Shown: positions 38,817 through 52,123 of the stretch, one piece after another
Layout: every line of letters begins with the position of its first letter
Numbering within the stretch: position 1 is the first letter of the stretch
Source: Deferrisomatales bacterium
Lineage (GTDB): Bacteria; Desulfobacterota; Deferrisomatia; Deferrisomatales; JACRMM01
Length of the DNA: 64,000 nucleotides
Assembly (NCBI GenBank): GCA_033551855.1
Contig: JAWSUI010000012.1
Location: 19,440 to 83,439 of the forward strand
Direction: 5' to 3'
The notes under the pieces: generated by a model
Told to the model about the DNA's origin: nothing
Databases searched by the model: none
What the model saw: only the letters and a program-made list of their open reading frames with translations
Translations under genes and position numbers: made by a program

Positions 38817-39691
38817 TTACAGCGCTTCCCCGCCCTGCCCCCCGGAGGCGGGGGCCCTGCCCGACGCCCCGTCCCCGATCGCCCGAACCAGCCGCCCGTC
38901 CTGCCAGGTCACCGGGACGGCCTCCCCGCCCTCGGGCCAGACCGCCGGGAGCCGCGCCCGGAAGGCCGGCGCCGGGCCGCTGGTGTAGAGGCGGACACGC
39001 CCCGCCGCCCCTCCGGGGCCGCGCCACCCTTGCCCCTCGAGCACGCGCAGGACCTGCCGCGCCACCGCGGGGGCCGGGTCGATGACGTCCACCCCCGGCC
39101 CGCAGACCTCGCGGATGGTCTCCAGCGCATGGGGGTAGTGGGTACAACCGAGGACGAGGGCGTCGATCCCCTCCCGCAGGAGGGGAGCCAGAGCCTCCTC
39201 GACGAGGGCCCGCAGGCGGGGACCGGCGGTCTCCCCGGCCTCCACCGCGTCCACCAGCCCCGGGCAGGTGGCGGTGAGCACCCGCACGCCCCGGGCGAAG
39301 CGCTCCACGACGCTGCAGAAGGGCCTCCCCCGGAAGGTGCCGGGGGTGGCGAGCACCCCCACGGCCCCGGACCGGCTCGCCTGGGCCGCGGGCTTCACCG
39401 CCGGCTCCATCCCCACGAAGGAAACCCGGGGAAAGACCTCGCGCAGATGGTGCAGGGCTGCCGCCGAGGCCGTGTTGCAGGCGACCACCACCACCGCGGC
39501 CCCCTCGTCCAGGAGGAAGCGGACGGCGCCCCGGCACAGGGCCCGCACCTCGTCGGCCGGGCGGGGACCGTAGGGCACGTGGGCCTGGTCCGCCAGGTAG
39601 CAGAGGTCCTCCCCGGGAAGGAGCCGGCGGATCTCCCGGAGGACCGTGAGCCCCCCGATCCCGGAGTCGAACACGGCCACGGGGCCCCGCC

Positions 39692-39695
<4 letters not shown>
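38817..39695 (-). CDS. murI: Glutamate racemase
   Basis: FDSGIGG, VACNTA, LGCTHY. Confidence 0.95.
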
Positions 39696-41737
<2,042 letters not shown>

Positions 41738-41893
41738 GGGGAGGGTGTCGGCGGTGTGGGGTGGGGCTCCCGGGGCCAGGCGTCCCCGAGCGTCTACCCG
41801 CCGTCCTTCACGGGCCCGCGGAGGAAGCGGCCCGGGGAGCCCGTCCGACGGCCTCCCGGCGGCCGGCCCGGTGCGAGGCCGGGGGGGCGGTGC

Positions 41894-43366
41894 TCACTTC
41901 AACTTCCAGGTGGTGCCGGCGGGGCCGTCCTCCAGGACCACCCCCAGGGCGGCGAGCTCGTCCCGAACGGCGTCGGCCCTCATCCAGTCCTTCTCCTTGC
42001 GGGCCCGGTTCCGCTCGGCGATCTTGGCCTCCACCTCCGCCGGGTCCAGCCCCCTCGCCTCCACCGCACCCTGTTTCACGGCGCCGAAGTAAGCCTCCGG
42101 CGGCGCCTGGAGCAGTCCCAGCACGCCCCCCAGCCCACGGACGCTCTGGGCGGCGTAGCGGAGCACGGCGAGGTTCTTGGGGCTCGGCTCGCACCCCTCG
42201 TGGAGGAACGACCCCACCTGCCGGGCGCAGCGGTGCAGGTGCCCCAGGGCCTCGGCCGTGTTGAAGTCGTCGTTCATGGCGTCTTCGAACTGGAAGAGCA
42301 GACCCAGGACGGCCTCGTGGGTCGCCCTCGCCCCGTTGGACAGCTCCGCCACGGGCACCTGGGCGGGGGCATCCCGACCATCGAGGGCCTCGCCGATGCG
42401 CCCCAGCAGCCCGTAGAGCCGCTCCAGGCCGGCCGCCGCCTCCCGCACCGCCCCCTCGGAGTAATCCAAGGGGCTGCGGTAGTGGTGGGAGAGCAGGAAG
42501 AACCGGAGCACCTCCGGGTGGACCTGCCGCAGCACGTCGCGGATCGTGAAGAAGTTGCCCAGGCTCTTGGACATCTTCTCCTGGTTGATGTTCACGAACC
42601 CGTTGTGCATCCAGACCCGCACGAAGGGCTCTCCCGAGGCGGCCTCGGCCTGGGCCACCTCGTTCTCGTGGTGGGGGAAGACCAGGTCCAGGCCGCCCCC
42701 GTGGATGTCCAGGGTGGGCCCCAGGTACTTCTGCCCCATCACCGTGCACTCGATGTGCCAGCCGGGGCGCCCCGGCCCCCACGGGCTGGGCCACGAAGGC
42801 TCGCCGGGCTTCGACGCCTTCCAGAGGGCGAAGTCCAGGGGGCTCCGCTTGCGGGGGTCGACGTCCACCCGGGCGCCCGACGCCAACTCGTCGAGGGGGC
42901 GGCGGGAGAGCTTCCCGTAGGGGGGATAGCTCCCGACGTCGAAGTAGACGTCGCCGTCGACCGCGTAGGCGTGCCCGCGCTCGACGAGGGCCTCCACGTG
43001 GGCGATCATCTCGGGGACATGCTCCGTGGCCCGGGGCTCCCGGGTGGGGCGCAGCACCCCCAAGGCGTCCATGTCCTCGTAAAACGCGGCGATGTACCGC
43101 TCGGCGATCTCCCGGGCCGACACTCCCTCCTCGTTGGCCCGCCGGATGATCTTGTCGTCGATGTCGGTGAAGTTGCGGACGTACGTCACGTCGTACCCGG
43201 AGTGGCGCAGGTAGCGGTACACCACGTCGAACACCACCGCGGACCGGGCGTGGCCCACGTGACACCGGTCGTACACGGTGACGCCGCAGACGTACATCCC
43301 CACGCGGCCTTGCTTCAGGGGCGTGAACGCCTCCTTGCTGCCGGCCAGGGTGTTGAAGATCTTCAT
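41894..43366 (-). CDS. cysS: Cysteine-tRNA ligase
   Basis: CGVTVYD, HVGH, GRPGWHIEC, FPHHENE, KMSKS. Confidence 0.97.
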   Translation of the reverse strand: MKIFNTLAGSKEAFTPLKQGRVGMYVCGVTVYDRCHVGHARSAVVFDVVYRYLRHSGYDVTYVRNFTDIDDKIIRRANEEGVSAREIAERYIAAFYEDMDALGVLRPTREPRATEHVPEMIAHVEALVERGHAYAVDGDVYFDVGSYPPYGKLSRRPLDELASGARVDVDPRKRSPLDFALWKASKPGEPSWPSPWGPGRPGWHIECTVMGQKYLGPTLDIHGGGLDLVFPHHENEVAQAEAASGEPFVRVWMHNGFVNINQEKMSKSLGNFFTIRDVLRQVHPEVLRFFLLSHHYRSPLDYSEGAVREAAAGLERLYGLLGRIGEALDGRDAPAQVPVAELSNGARATHEAVLGLLFQFEDAMNDDFNTAEALGHLHRCARQVGSFLHEGCEPSPKNLAVLRYAAQSVRGLGGVLGLLQAPPEAYFGAVKQGAVEARGLDPAEVEAKIAERNRARKEKDWMRADAVRDELAALGVVLEDGPAGTTWKLK

Positions 43367-43519
43367 GGACAAGTCTGTTCCATCCTTTCGCCTCCGCCGA
43401 AGAACCGGAGCCGAAGCGCACCGGGAGCCGCCCCTGTGCCCCTCCGGCGCCGCCGGCCCGCCTTCTCTCGAAAGCAGCCGCGGACGGTACCAGAGGAGGC
43501 GCTCCGAAGTAAAGCGGGG

Positions 43520-43662
43520 GGCGGGCCCCAGAATCCACCGGCCGGCAAGTGCTCGGGCTCGGGGGGCCCCTCCGCTCCGCCCTGCAATCCGCGATATCCG
43601 GACGAGGCGTTGGGGAGGAAGCGGCCACGCCCAACAGGTGGCGGTGGAGGTGGGGCAGACCC
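43520..43662. mobile_element. MITE-like repeat family A, copy 3
   Basis: GCAATCCGCGATATCCGGACGAGG shared with copy 2; abuts the M48 gene stop codon. Confidence 0.65.
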
Positions 43663-45060
43663 TTACTCCCGGCGCCGCCCGTCCCGGAGCTCCTGGAGGA
43701 CCTCCTGGACCCGGCGCCTCTCGTCCCCTTCCGGGAGCCGCCGGATGGCCTCTTCGTAGTGGCGGCGGGCCAGGGAGCCGCGCCCCTCTTCCCGGTGGTA
43801 GTCCCCCAGGGCCGCGTGGGCCTCCCCTTCCCTGCCGGCCCTGCCAAGGGCCATCCCACGGTAGTACTGTACCCTCCCCCACCCGGGGTCGCGCCGGGCG
43901 AGCTCGTCGTACACCCCCAGGGCCGCCTCCCCCTGGTCCTTCTCCAGATACGCCCACCCCAGGTCCCGCAGGGCCGGGGTCGGGGCGTCCCCCTGGACCC
44001 GGAGGGCCTCGAGCTGGGCCACGCCCTCCTGCGGCCTTCCCTGGCGGATCCGCACCCTCGCCTGCTCGTGGAGCACCTCGGGGTCCGCCGGGTCCAGCCG
44101 TTGGGCCTCCCGGAGGTGCTCCAGTGCCTCTTCGTAGCGTCCCTGGCGCTGCAGGAGCACCCCGAGGCCCAAGCGGGCGTCGGCGCTCCCCGGGTTCTCC
44201 TCCACCCGCGCGCGGTAGGCCGCCGGCCCCCAGGTTCGGGGGTCCTGGGCGAGCACCCGGGCCTGGGCCCGCCACAGGGGTCCGAGCGCCCGGGCGTCGG
44301 TTTGCGGCGCGGGCGGCTGGCGCAGGGCGTCGGAGAGGTAGGCGGAGCGGTTCTCGGGCAGGGGGTGGGTGAACAGGTACGCAGGCACCCCCTCGGGGGC
44401 CGGGGACTCCCGCCGGATGGTGTCCATGAACCGGACCAGGCCCCAGGGGTCGTAACCGGCCGCCACGAGGGCCCGGGCCGCCCGCCGGTCCGCGTCCTCC
44501 TCGTCGGCCCGGCTGTATTGGAGCATCTTGGTCTGGGCCCCGGCCACCCCAAAGCTCGCGATGGCCGCTCCGGCCTCCGGGCTGCCGCTCAGGAAGGCGC
44601 CGGCCAGCACCGCCGCCATGGCGGCGAGGTTCAGCTTGGCGGACTTCTGCACCCGGTGGGCCAGGTGGCGGGCCTCCACGTGACCGATCTCGTGGGCAAT
44701 GACCCCGGCGAGCTCGCTCTCGTCCTGGCACAGGAGGACGGTCTGGGAGGTGACGAAGATGTGCCCCCCCGGCACCGCGAAGGCGTTGGCCCGGGGGTCG
44801 GCCACCACGTGGAAGGTCATCTCGAAGTGGGTCGGGCCCAGGGCTCGGGTGATCCTCTCCCCGATGCCCTTCAAGTACTCGTCCATGTACGGATCGTCCA
44901 GGATCCGGTACTGGCGGCGGATCTCCGCGACCACCTCCCGCCCGATGGTTCGCTCCTCGGCCTTGCTCAGCAGGCTGCTTCCCGCCAGCTCCCGGCCGGC
45001 GCACCCGAGGGAGAGGGCCCCCAGGGCTGCGGCCAGCGCCAGCGCACGCGTCATCCACAT
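43663..45060 (-). CDS. M48 family metalloprotease with TPRs (BepA/YfgC-like lipoprotein)
   Basis: LSLGC lipobox, [29 protein letters not shown] repeats. Confidence 0.9.
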   Translation of the reverse strand: MWMTRALALAAALGALSLGCAGRELAGSSLLSKAEERTIGREVVAEIRRQYRILDDPYMDEYLKGIGERITRALGPTHFEMTFHVVADPRANAFAVPGGHIFVTSQTVLLCQDESELAGVIAHEIGHVEARHLAHRVQKSAKLNLAAMAAVLAGAFLSGSPEAGAAIASFGVAGAQTKMLQYSRADEEDADRRAARALVAAGYDPWGLVRFMDTIRRESPAPEGVPAYLFTHPLPENRSAYLSDALRQPPAPQTDARALGPLWRAQARVLAQDPRTWGPAAYRARVEENPGSADARLGLGVLLQRQGRYEEALEHLREAQRLDPADPEVLHEQARVRIRQGRPQEGVAQLEALRVQGDAPTPALRDLGWAYLEKDQGEAALGVYDELARRDPGWGRVQYYRGMALGRAGREGEAHAALGDYHREEGRGSLARRHYEEAIRRLPEGDERRRVQEVLQELRDGRRRE

Positions 45061-45207
45061 GGGGGATACCGTACCCGAGTCGGGGAGACGAGGGAAGACC
45101 CGGACCCCGCTTGCAGAGCAGGCGGAGAATCCCGGTTTCCAGCGGGGGTTCCAGGGCCCCGCGGCCCGTGCTACCATCCCGCCCTTCGCTGCACCCGAGG
45201 AGAAACC

Positions 45208-46268
<1,061 letters not shown>

Positions 46269-46287
<19 letters not shown>

Positions 46288-47207
46288 GCCCCGAGAAGAA
46301 GGCCGAGGACCGGGTGGTCCTGGAGGAGAGGGTCTACGCCCCGGCCGGCGCCTGCCGCGTGCGAGGCCGGCTCACGGCCCCCCCGGGGGGCCGCGCCCTT
46401 TCCCGCGGGCGCCGGGTCAAGCGCGCCGCCTCCCCGGACTCGGGCCGCTACGTGGGTGCACGGCTGCCCTCCGGGAGGCTCCGGTCCCTGGCCCTGGACG
46501 CGACCGTCCGGGCTGCGGCTCCCCACCAGCTCCGTCGCCGGGCCGAAGCCCCCGAGGAGCGGCCGGGACTGCGGGTGCGGCCCTCGGACTGGCGGGAGAA
46601 GGTTCTGGCCCGGACCTCCGGCGTGAGCCTCCTCTTCGCCGTCGACGCCTCGGGCTCCATGGGTGCCCAGGAGGTCATGGCCCGGACCAAGGGGATCGTG
46701 CTGTCCCTCCTGGCGGACGCCTACCAGAAGAGGGACCGCGTCGCGCTGCTCGCCTTCCGGGGGACGGAGGCGCGGGTGGTGCTGCCCTTCACCGGGAGCG
46801 CGGAGGCGGCGCAGCGACGCCTCCGGGACCTCCCCACCGGGGGCAAGTCGCCCCTGGCCCTGGCCCTCGCGAAATCCGTCGAGATCTTCACCCGGGAGGT
46901 CCGCAGGCACCCCGGCCGCACCCCGCTCCTGGTGCTCCTCACGGACGGCAAGGCCAACATCGCCATGGAGGGGGCGGACCCCTTCGAGGAGGCCCTCCGC
47001 CACGGCCGCCGCGTTCGCGCCCACGGCATCCGGAGCCTTGTCGTGGACACCGACCAGACCTGGCTCGACTTCTACCCCTACCCTCGCGTGCTCGCCGAGG
47101 CCATGGGGGCGGGGTGTCTGCCCCTTCGGCAGTTGGAGGCGGGGCGGGTCCTGGACTTCATGAGCCTCGGGGGCGCGTCCCCCCGAAGCCCACGCCGCAC
47201 ACGGTAG
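46269..47207 (+). CDS. ChlD-type linker and vWA domain in the -1 frame (3' part of a frameshifted chlD-like gene)
   Basis: [34 protein letters not shown]; frame is open from the A9 run. Confidence 0.85.
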
Positions 47208-47263
47208 GGGCGCCCGGGAAGCGGCAGGGTCACGCGATTTCTTCCCGCCGGGGCCCAAACAGG

Positions 47264-47474
47264 GGGTTCATCCGGAAAACGACCGGGGACTCGTGTCCAG
47301 GGACGACCGGGTGGGTCCGGCCACGCAGGCGGACGGCCGCTCGACGGGAGCAGCCGGTTCGGGAGCCGCGATGCCGAGAGGATTCCGAATGCGGCGCGGG
47401 AGCGCATCTACCGTACGGCCCGGCATGGTCTGCCGGAGGGGGCGGGCCCACCCGGCCGTTTGCCGGAAGAACCT
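47264..47474 (-). mobile_element. MITE family C, copy 1 (211 bp)
   Basis: Ends GGGTTCATCCGG / CCGGAAGAACCT; flanks aaacagg/aaaaagg look like an imperfect target duplication. Confidence 0.85.
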
Positions 47475-47504
47475 AAAAAGGACGGCACGGATCGGCCGAG
47501 GCGC

Positions 47505-47513
47505 TGGTATACT
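47505..47513 (+). promoter_or_regulatory. Putative extended -10 promoter of the bd-like operon
   Basis: TGgTATACT about 48 nt upstream of ATG 47561. Confidence 0.4.
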
Positions 47514-47560
47514 CCCGCGCGGCTGGGACCCACTGCCCTCGGCAGCGGCCAGGAGCGCCC

Positions 47561-48952
47561 ATGGACCTGCCCGTCATCGACCCCCCGATCTTCCCCCGCT
47601 GGATCTGGATGGAGGAGATCGTCTACTCCCACATCATGATCGCCACCCTGATCACGGCGTTCATGGTGGTGGCGCCGGTGTACGAGTACGTGGGGTACCG
47701 CCGGAAGGACCCCCGGTTCGACCGGCTGGCCCGCAGCCTCATCTGGTTCTCCCTGATCCTGTTCTCCCCCGGCGCGGCCCTGGGCACGGGGATCCCCATG
47801 TGGATCATGGGCACCTACCCGGAGTTCTGGTCCCGCTGGGCGAACCTCTTCTTCTGGCCCCTCATCGCGCAGTTCTTCTTCTTCCTGGGGGAGGTGATCT
47901 TCCTCTTCTTCTTCTACTACCTGGCCTGGGACTACCTGCGCGACCGGAAGCGCCTGCACATCTTCTTCGGGTGCGTCGCCGCCGCCTTCGGCCTGGCCGT
48001 GCAGTTCGTGTGGGACGGGGTGGGGGGGTACATGCTCACCCCCACCGTGGACCTGCCCCGGGTCAATGAGCCGGTCGCGTGGTCGGCCCAGGCCTTTTTC
48101 AACCCGAGCCTCCCCTTCCTCTTCACGCACCGGTTCTTCGGGAACATCAGCTACGCCATGCTGCTCGTCGGGGGGGTGTTCGCCCTGAAGTACGTGCGGG
48201 CCGCCGACCCTGGGGAGAAGGCCTACTTCGGCTTCGTTTCGAACCTCACCTTCGCCGTCGGGTTCGCCGCCTTCTTCGCCATGCCCTTCATCGGCTGGGG
48301 CTACGCCCAGGTCGTGCGCGACCACGCGCCGGTGGCCTTCCGGGCCATCATGGGGGGGCACGTCTCGGTGCATTTCGGGGTGAAGATGGGGTTCGTGGCG
48401 TTCATGGCGGCCGTGGCCGCGGCCTACCTCTGCGCCCGGTACCGCAGCCGGGCGGTCCGGGGGGCGGTCACCGCCGGCCTCGCGGGCCTCTACCCCCTCT
48501 TCCTGTGGCACCCTCCCCTGTCGTGGTTCCCGGGGGGAAAGGCCGCGTGGCTCCCCTGGGTGACCGCGCTGCTCGGTGGCTTCCTCCTCTTCCTCTGGCT
48601 AGGCACCGGCAGGTGGGACACGGGGCGCAAGGGCTGGAGCTGGGCCCTGCTCGCCGCCGGTATCGCGGCCTTTTCCGCGGTCCTCATCGGGGGGTTCGTG
48701 CGGGAGCGCAGCAAGAGCCCGGACACGGTGTACCGGCAGATCGAGAAGCCCGAGGCGACGGACTTCGAGCGGGGGCGGTTCCTGCTCCACGAGCGGTGCC
48801 TGGTGTGCCACGCCACCCCCGCGGAGCTTGCCCACCCCCGGGCAGCGAGCTGGGAGGAGCGGCTCGCCGTGGAGCGGGCGCGCCCGGGGGCCGAGCTCAC
48901 GGACCGGGAGGTGGAGCTCCTCCTGCGCTACTTCGAGAGGGCCCGCCCGTGA
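47561..48952 (+). CDS. Cytochrome bd subunit I-like membrane protein with C-terminal c-type heme
   Basis: TM1 His (YSHIMIA), FTHRFFGN, GGFVRER, C-terminal CLVCH. Confidence 0.75.
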   Translation: MDLPVIDPPIFPRWIWMEEIVYSHIMIATLITAFMVVAPVYEYVGYRRKDPRFDRLARSLIWFSLILFSPGAALGTGIPMWIMGTYPEFWSRWANLFFWPLIAQFFFFLGEVIFLFFFYYLAWDYLRDRKRLHIFFGCVAAAFGLAVQFVWDGVGGYMLTPTVDLPRVNEPVAWSAQAFFNPSLPFLFTHRFFGNISYAMLLVGGVFALKYVRAADPGEKAYFGFVSNLTFAVGFAAFFAMPFIGWGYAQVVRDHAPVAFRAIMGGHVSVHFGVKMGFVAFMAAVAAAYLCARYRSRAVRGAVTAGLAGLYPLFLWHPPLSWFPGGKAAWLPWVTALLGGFLLFLWLGTGRWDTGRKGWSWALLAAGIAAFSAVLIGGFVRERSKSPDTVYRQIEKPEATDFERGRFLLHERCLVCHATPAELAHPRAASWEERLAVERARPGAELTDREVELLLRYFERARP

Positions 48953-50424
48953 CGCCCCAGCACATCGAGTTCCCCGTCCTGGGCGCCAAGTGGTGGATCG
49001 GTTTCACCGGGCTCCTCCACGTCTCGGTGGCGTCCCTGGCCATCGGGTTCGCCTTCGTCGTCACGACCGCCCAGATCGTGGGCTACCTGCGCAGGGACCG
49101 GGCGTACGACCTCCTGGCCAAGCGCATCCAGCTCTACCACGTGTGCATCTACAACATCGGGACGATCGTGGCGATCGGCCTGATCTTCGGGCTCTCCGGC
49201 CTCTATCCCCAGTTCTGGAGCCAGCTCTTCGTCCACCAGTTCTGGACGCTCATCATCGAGGAGTTCCTGTTCCTCCTCCTCGCCACGACCCTCACGATCC
49301 ACTACTTCTTCTGGGACTACCTGTGGGGGCACAAGAAGCTCCACATCTTCCTCGGGGCGCTCCTGAACCCCTTGTTCCTGCTCCAGTTCTGGATGATCAA
49401 CGGGATCGGGTCCTTCATGCTGACGCCCGGGGCGGAGGAGGCCCAGATCGACCTGGCCCGGGGCATCGTGGGGTACGACAAGACCGCCTTCTACAACCCC
49501 TCCTTTCTCATGCTGACGCTCCACCGGGCGTTTGCCAACGTCTCGTACGGGGGCTTCTTCGTGGCCGGGATCTGCGGGTTCTTCCTGTGGCGGGCCCGGC
49601 CGGGGGAGCTCCGCGAAGCCTTCGAGAAGGGGGGCAGGCTCGCCTTCTACGTGGGGTTCGCCGCGCTCCTCTCCCTGCCGATGGTCGGGTACTTCTACTC
49701 CCACGTGCTCAAGTACCACGCCAACGAGGCCTTCGTGAACCTCATGTGGGGCAAGGGGGACGTGGTGGCGGGGGGCATCGACTGGTGGTGGGTGAAGCAG
49801 ATCTGCGTCGCCTCCCTCCTGGGACTCGGTCTCGGCTACTTCTTCCAGACACGGCGCGACGAGGGGCCCTTCTCCGTCCCCAACGTGCTGGTGGTCACGG
49901 TGGCACTCTTCTACGGCATGTTCTACCTGGCCATGGGCATGATCATGACCTGGGCCTTCTTCTGGTGGATGCTGGCCGTCGGGGCGGGGGCGTGGGCGCT
50001 CGCCCGGCACCTGATCCGCTACCGACAGGGGTCGCCCCGCAGCCTCTACGTCCTCGCCGGGGTCCTCTCCGCCGCCACGGTCCTGCTGGGGGGATACGCC
50101 CGGGAGGCGAGCCGCCCCCGCTTCGTGGACCGCTACTCCCACTACGATCACGTCTACCTCCCGTCCCAGCGCCAGCCCTACCTCATGGTGGACGTCCGCC
50201 CCGAGGACCTCCCGCCGCTCCCCGAGCGGATCGAGGAGCCCGCCGAGGCCGTCTTCCTCATCCGGCAGAACTGCATCGGGTGCCACACCCTGGAGCGGGT
50301 GCGCAATTACCGGCTCGACAACTGGCGTCTCGTGGTGGACCAGATGCGCGCCTACGGGCTGCGCCTGACGGAAGAACAGACCCGGGTCATCGTCGAGCAC
50401 CTGCGCTCCGGCGAACCCTACTGA
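48949..50424 (+). CDS. Second cytochrome bd subunit I-like protein with C-terminal c-type heme
   Basis: LLHVSVA, SFMLTP, YNPSF..LTLHR, GGYAREASRP, CIGCH...WRLVVDQM; GTGA overlap. Confidence 0.75.
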   Translation: MTPQHIEFPVLGAKWWIGFTGLLHVSVASLAIGFAFVVTTAQIVGYLRRDRAYDLLAKRIQLYHVCIYNIGTIVAIGLIFGLSGLYPQFWSQLFVHQFWTLIIEEFLFLLLATTLTIHYFFWDYLWGHKKLHIFLGALLNPLFLLQFWMINGIGSFMLTPGAEEAQIDLARGIVGYDKTAFYNPSFLMLTLHRAFANVSYGGFFVAGICGFFLWRARPGELREAFEKGGRLAFYVGFAALLSLPMVGYFYSHVLKYHANEAFVNLMWGKGDVVAGGIDWWWVKQICVASLLGLGLGYFFQTRRDEGPFSVPNVLVVTVALFYGMFYLAMGMIMTWAFFWWMLAVGAGAWALARHLIRYRQGSPRSLYVLAGVLSAATVLLGGYAREASRPRFVDRYSHYDHVYLPSQRQPYLMVDVRPEDLPPLPERIEEPAEAVFLIRQNCIGCHTLERVRNYRLDNWRLVVDQMRAYGLRLTEEQTRVIVEHLRSGEPY

Positions 50425-50444
50425 CACTCTCTACAGGCACGCCC

Positions 50445-50657
50445 ATGGCGGAAGAAGAAAAGACCACGGCCGACGAGGACCGAGAGGAGGAGGCCCTCTC
50501 CCACCCGTGGATGGAGGGGCTGGAGGAGTACCCGCTCCGGGAGGCGGAAGCGGACCCGCGGTGGGCGGTGCGCACCGTCTGGGCGTGGGTGTGGATCGGC
50601 CTGTTGTCCCTCCTCTTCATCCTCGTCCTGGTGGTCCTCGGTTTCTTCTACGATTAG
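50445..50657 (+). CDS. Small acidic single-TM protein
   Basis: Acidic N-terminus and C-terminal hydrophobic helix; co-oriented in the operon. Confidence 0.6.
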   Translation: MAEEEKTTADEDREEEALSHPWMEGLEEYPLREAEADPRWAVRTVWAWVWIGLLSLLFILVLVVLGFFYD

Positions 50658-50671
50658 GAGGGAGGACGCGC

Positions 50672-51280
50672 GTGTTCCTCTTTCGCGCCCGGTTCTGGCT
50701 CTTCCTGGGCAAGGTGTTTCTCCTGGCGTTCGTGGCCCAGCTCGCCCTGCTCCAGGTGCCCGAGATCCTCTACGACCTGCGCCCCCGGGAGCCCGTGGCG
50801 GTGTCCGGACCCGACGACCTGGATCCCGAGCGCCTGCGGGGGACGATCTTCGCGTCGGTGCAGGGCTCCCCGGACTTCGGCCAGGCCTTCGTCTACCGTC
50901 GCTACGGGCTGTCGTCCACCTACTTCCAGCTGGAGGGGTACGGGCCCCGCCTGGTGATCCGGACCCACGAGCCGGTCACGGAGGAGTGGGAGCAGGTGGG
51001 GCGGTTCCTGGGGAAGCTGCAGCCCTTCGAGCGCCAGCCCTTCTCTTCGAAGATCCGGGAGATCTACCGGGAGAGGATGGGGGTCGAGATACCCCCGGGG
51101 GCCTTCTGGCTCGCGCTGGACGACGTGCCACGGCCGAGCGGCTGGCAGTTCGGGGGGGTGGCCTTCTCCGCGGTGCTGTGGGTGCTGCTGTTCTACCTCT
51201 TCTTCCTGCGCCGACGCCGTGCCGGCCGTTCCCGGGGCCCGGCCCTCAGGGTCCGTCAAGAAACAAGGTTCTTCCGGTAA
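50672..51280 (+). CDS. Hypothetical membrane protein (N- and C-terminal TM helices)
   Basis: Strong RBS AGGAGGGAGG; stop codon lies inside a MITE. Confidence 0.65.
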   Translation: MFLFRARFWLFLGKVFLLAFVAQLALLQVPEILYDLRPREPVAVSGPDDLDPERLRGTIFASVQGSPDFGQAFVYRRYGLSSTYFQLEGYGPRLVIRTHEPVTEEWEQVGRFLGKLQPFERQPFSSKIREIYRERMGVEIPPGAFWLALDDVPRPSGWQFGGVAFSAVLWVLLFYLFFLRRRRAGRSRGPALRVRQETRFFR

Positions 51281-51625
51281 ACGACCGGGTGGGCCCGCCC
51301 ACTCCGGCAGACGAGGCCGGACTGCACGGTAGGTGTTCTCCCCCGCCGCGTCCGGAATCCTCGCGACATCGCGACTCCCGAAGCGGCTGCTCACGTCGAG
51401 CGGCCGTCCGCCTACGTGGTCGGGCCTACCCGATCGTCCCTGGACGCGAGCACCCGGTCAGTCCCGGATGATCCGGAAGCAAGTGGTCCAAAGAACGGTG
51501 GCGAGGCGCCCGGCTGACCAGGCGCGAGGAGGGCGCATACCCGCTGTGGCATGGAATCGACGAGCAGCGCAGTCAGGCGGCATGCACCGACGCCGCAACG
51601 AAATCGGTTGTTCCTGGACGGGCCC
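51249..51625 (-). mobile_element. MITE family E copy interrupted by a family C MITE
   Basis: Reverse complement of 31703-31863, flanked by TCA; 377 = 161 + 210 + 6 bp. Confidence 0.85.
51266..51475 (+). mobile_element. MITE family C, copy 2 (210 bp)
   Basis: AGGTTCTTCCGG...CCGGATGATCCG; 6-bp flanks gaaaca/gaagca. Confidence 0.85.
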
Positions 51626-52108
51626 TCAGCCGGGGGTCACCGCCTGGACCCCGGTGACGAGCCACAGGAACATCCACCCGGCCACTGCCCAGAGCACCAC
51701 CGTGCCGGCCGCCAGGACGACCCCGAGCAGGCGGGCGTAGACGCGGAATTCCGGGTAGAACCGCACGAAGCTCACCTTCAGCCCCCACACGACCAGCAGG
51801 ATCACGGCGAGGGTCCCGTGGATGGCTCCCCGGGCGTCGAGCACGTAGCCCCCGGCGGTGGCGAGCCGACCCATCATGTCCAGGCAGATCCACGTGATCC
51901 ACGCGAAGTAGACGAAGAACGCGTACCCGAGCACCCGATGGAGGGTCATTGTCTGCGCCGCCCAGGACTTGGGCCCCTTGCGCCCAAAGAGCCGCATGGC
52001 GGTCGCGTACTCGGCGACGGCGAGCACGACCAGCCCGAAGGACACGTACGTCTTGGTGATCGGGTTCATGGCCAGGAAGGCCCAGGTCTCGGCGGGGTCC
52101 ATCGGCAC
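51626..52108 (-). CDS. Four-TM membrane protein with two TM histidines (possible b-heme binding)
   Basis: MTLHRVLGY and AIHGTLAV helices; AGGAGG RBS. Confidence 0.6.
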   Translation of the reverse strand: MPMDPAETWAFLAMNPITKTYVSFGLVVLAVAEYATAMRLFGRKGPKSWAAQTMTLHRVLGYAFFVYFAWITWICLDMMGRLATAGGYVLDARGAIHGTLAVILLVVWGLKVSFVRFYPEFRVYARLLGVVLAAGTVVLWAVAGWMFLWLVTGVQAVTPG

Positions 52109-52123
52109 GGCTCCTCCTACGGG

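Noticed and set aside
47078..47476. Short ORFs over MITE C (also 51333-51740, 60340-60885) as a protein family
   Set aside because: Their mutual similarity comes from the shared non-coding repeat; no transposase motifs and frames are inconsistent
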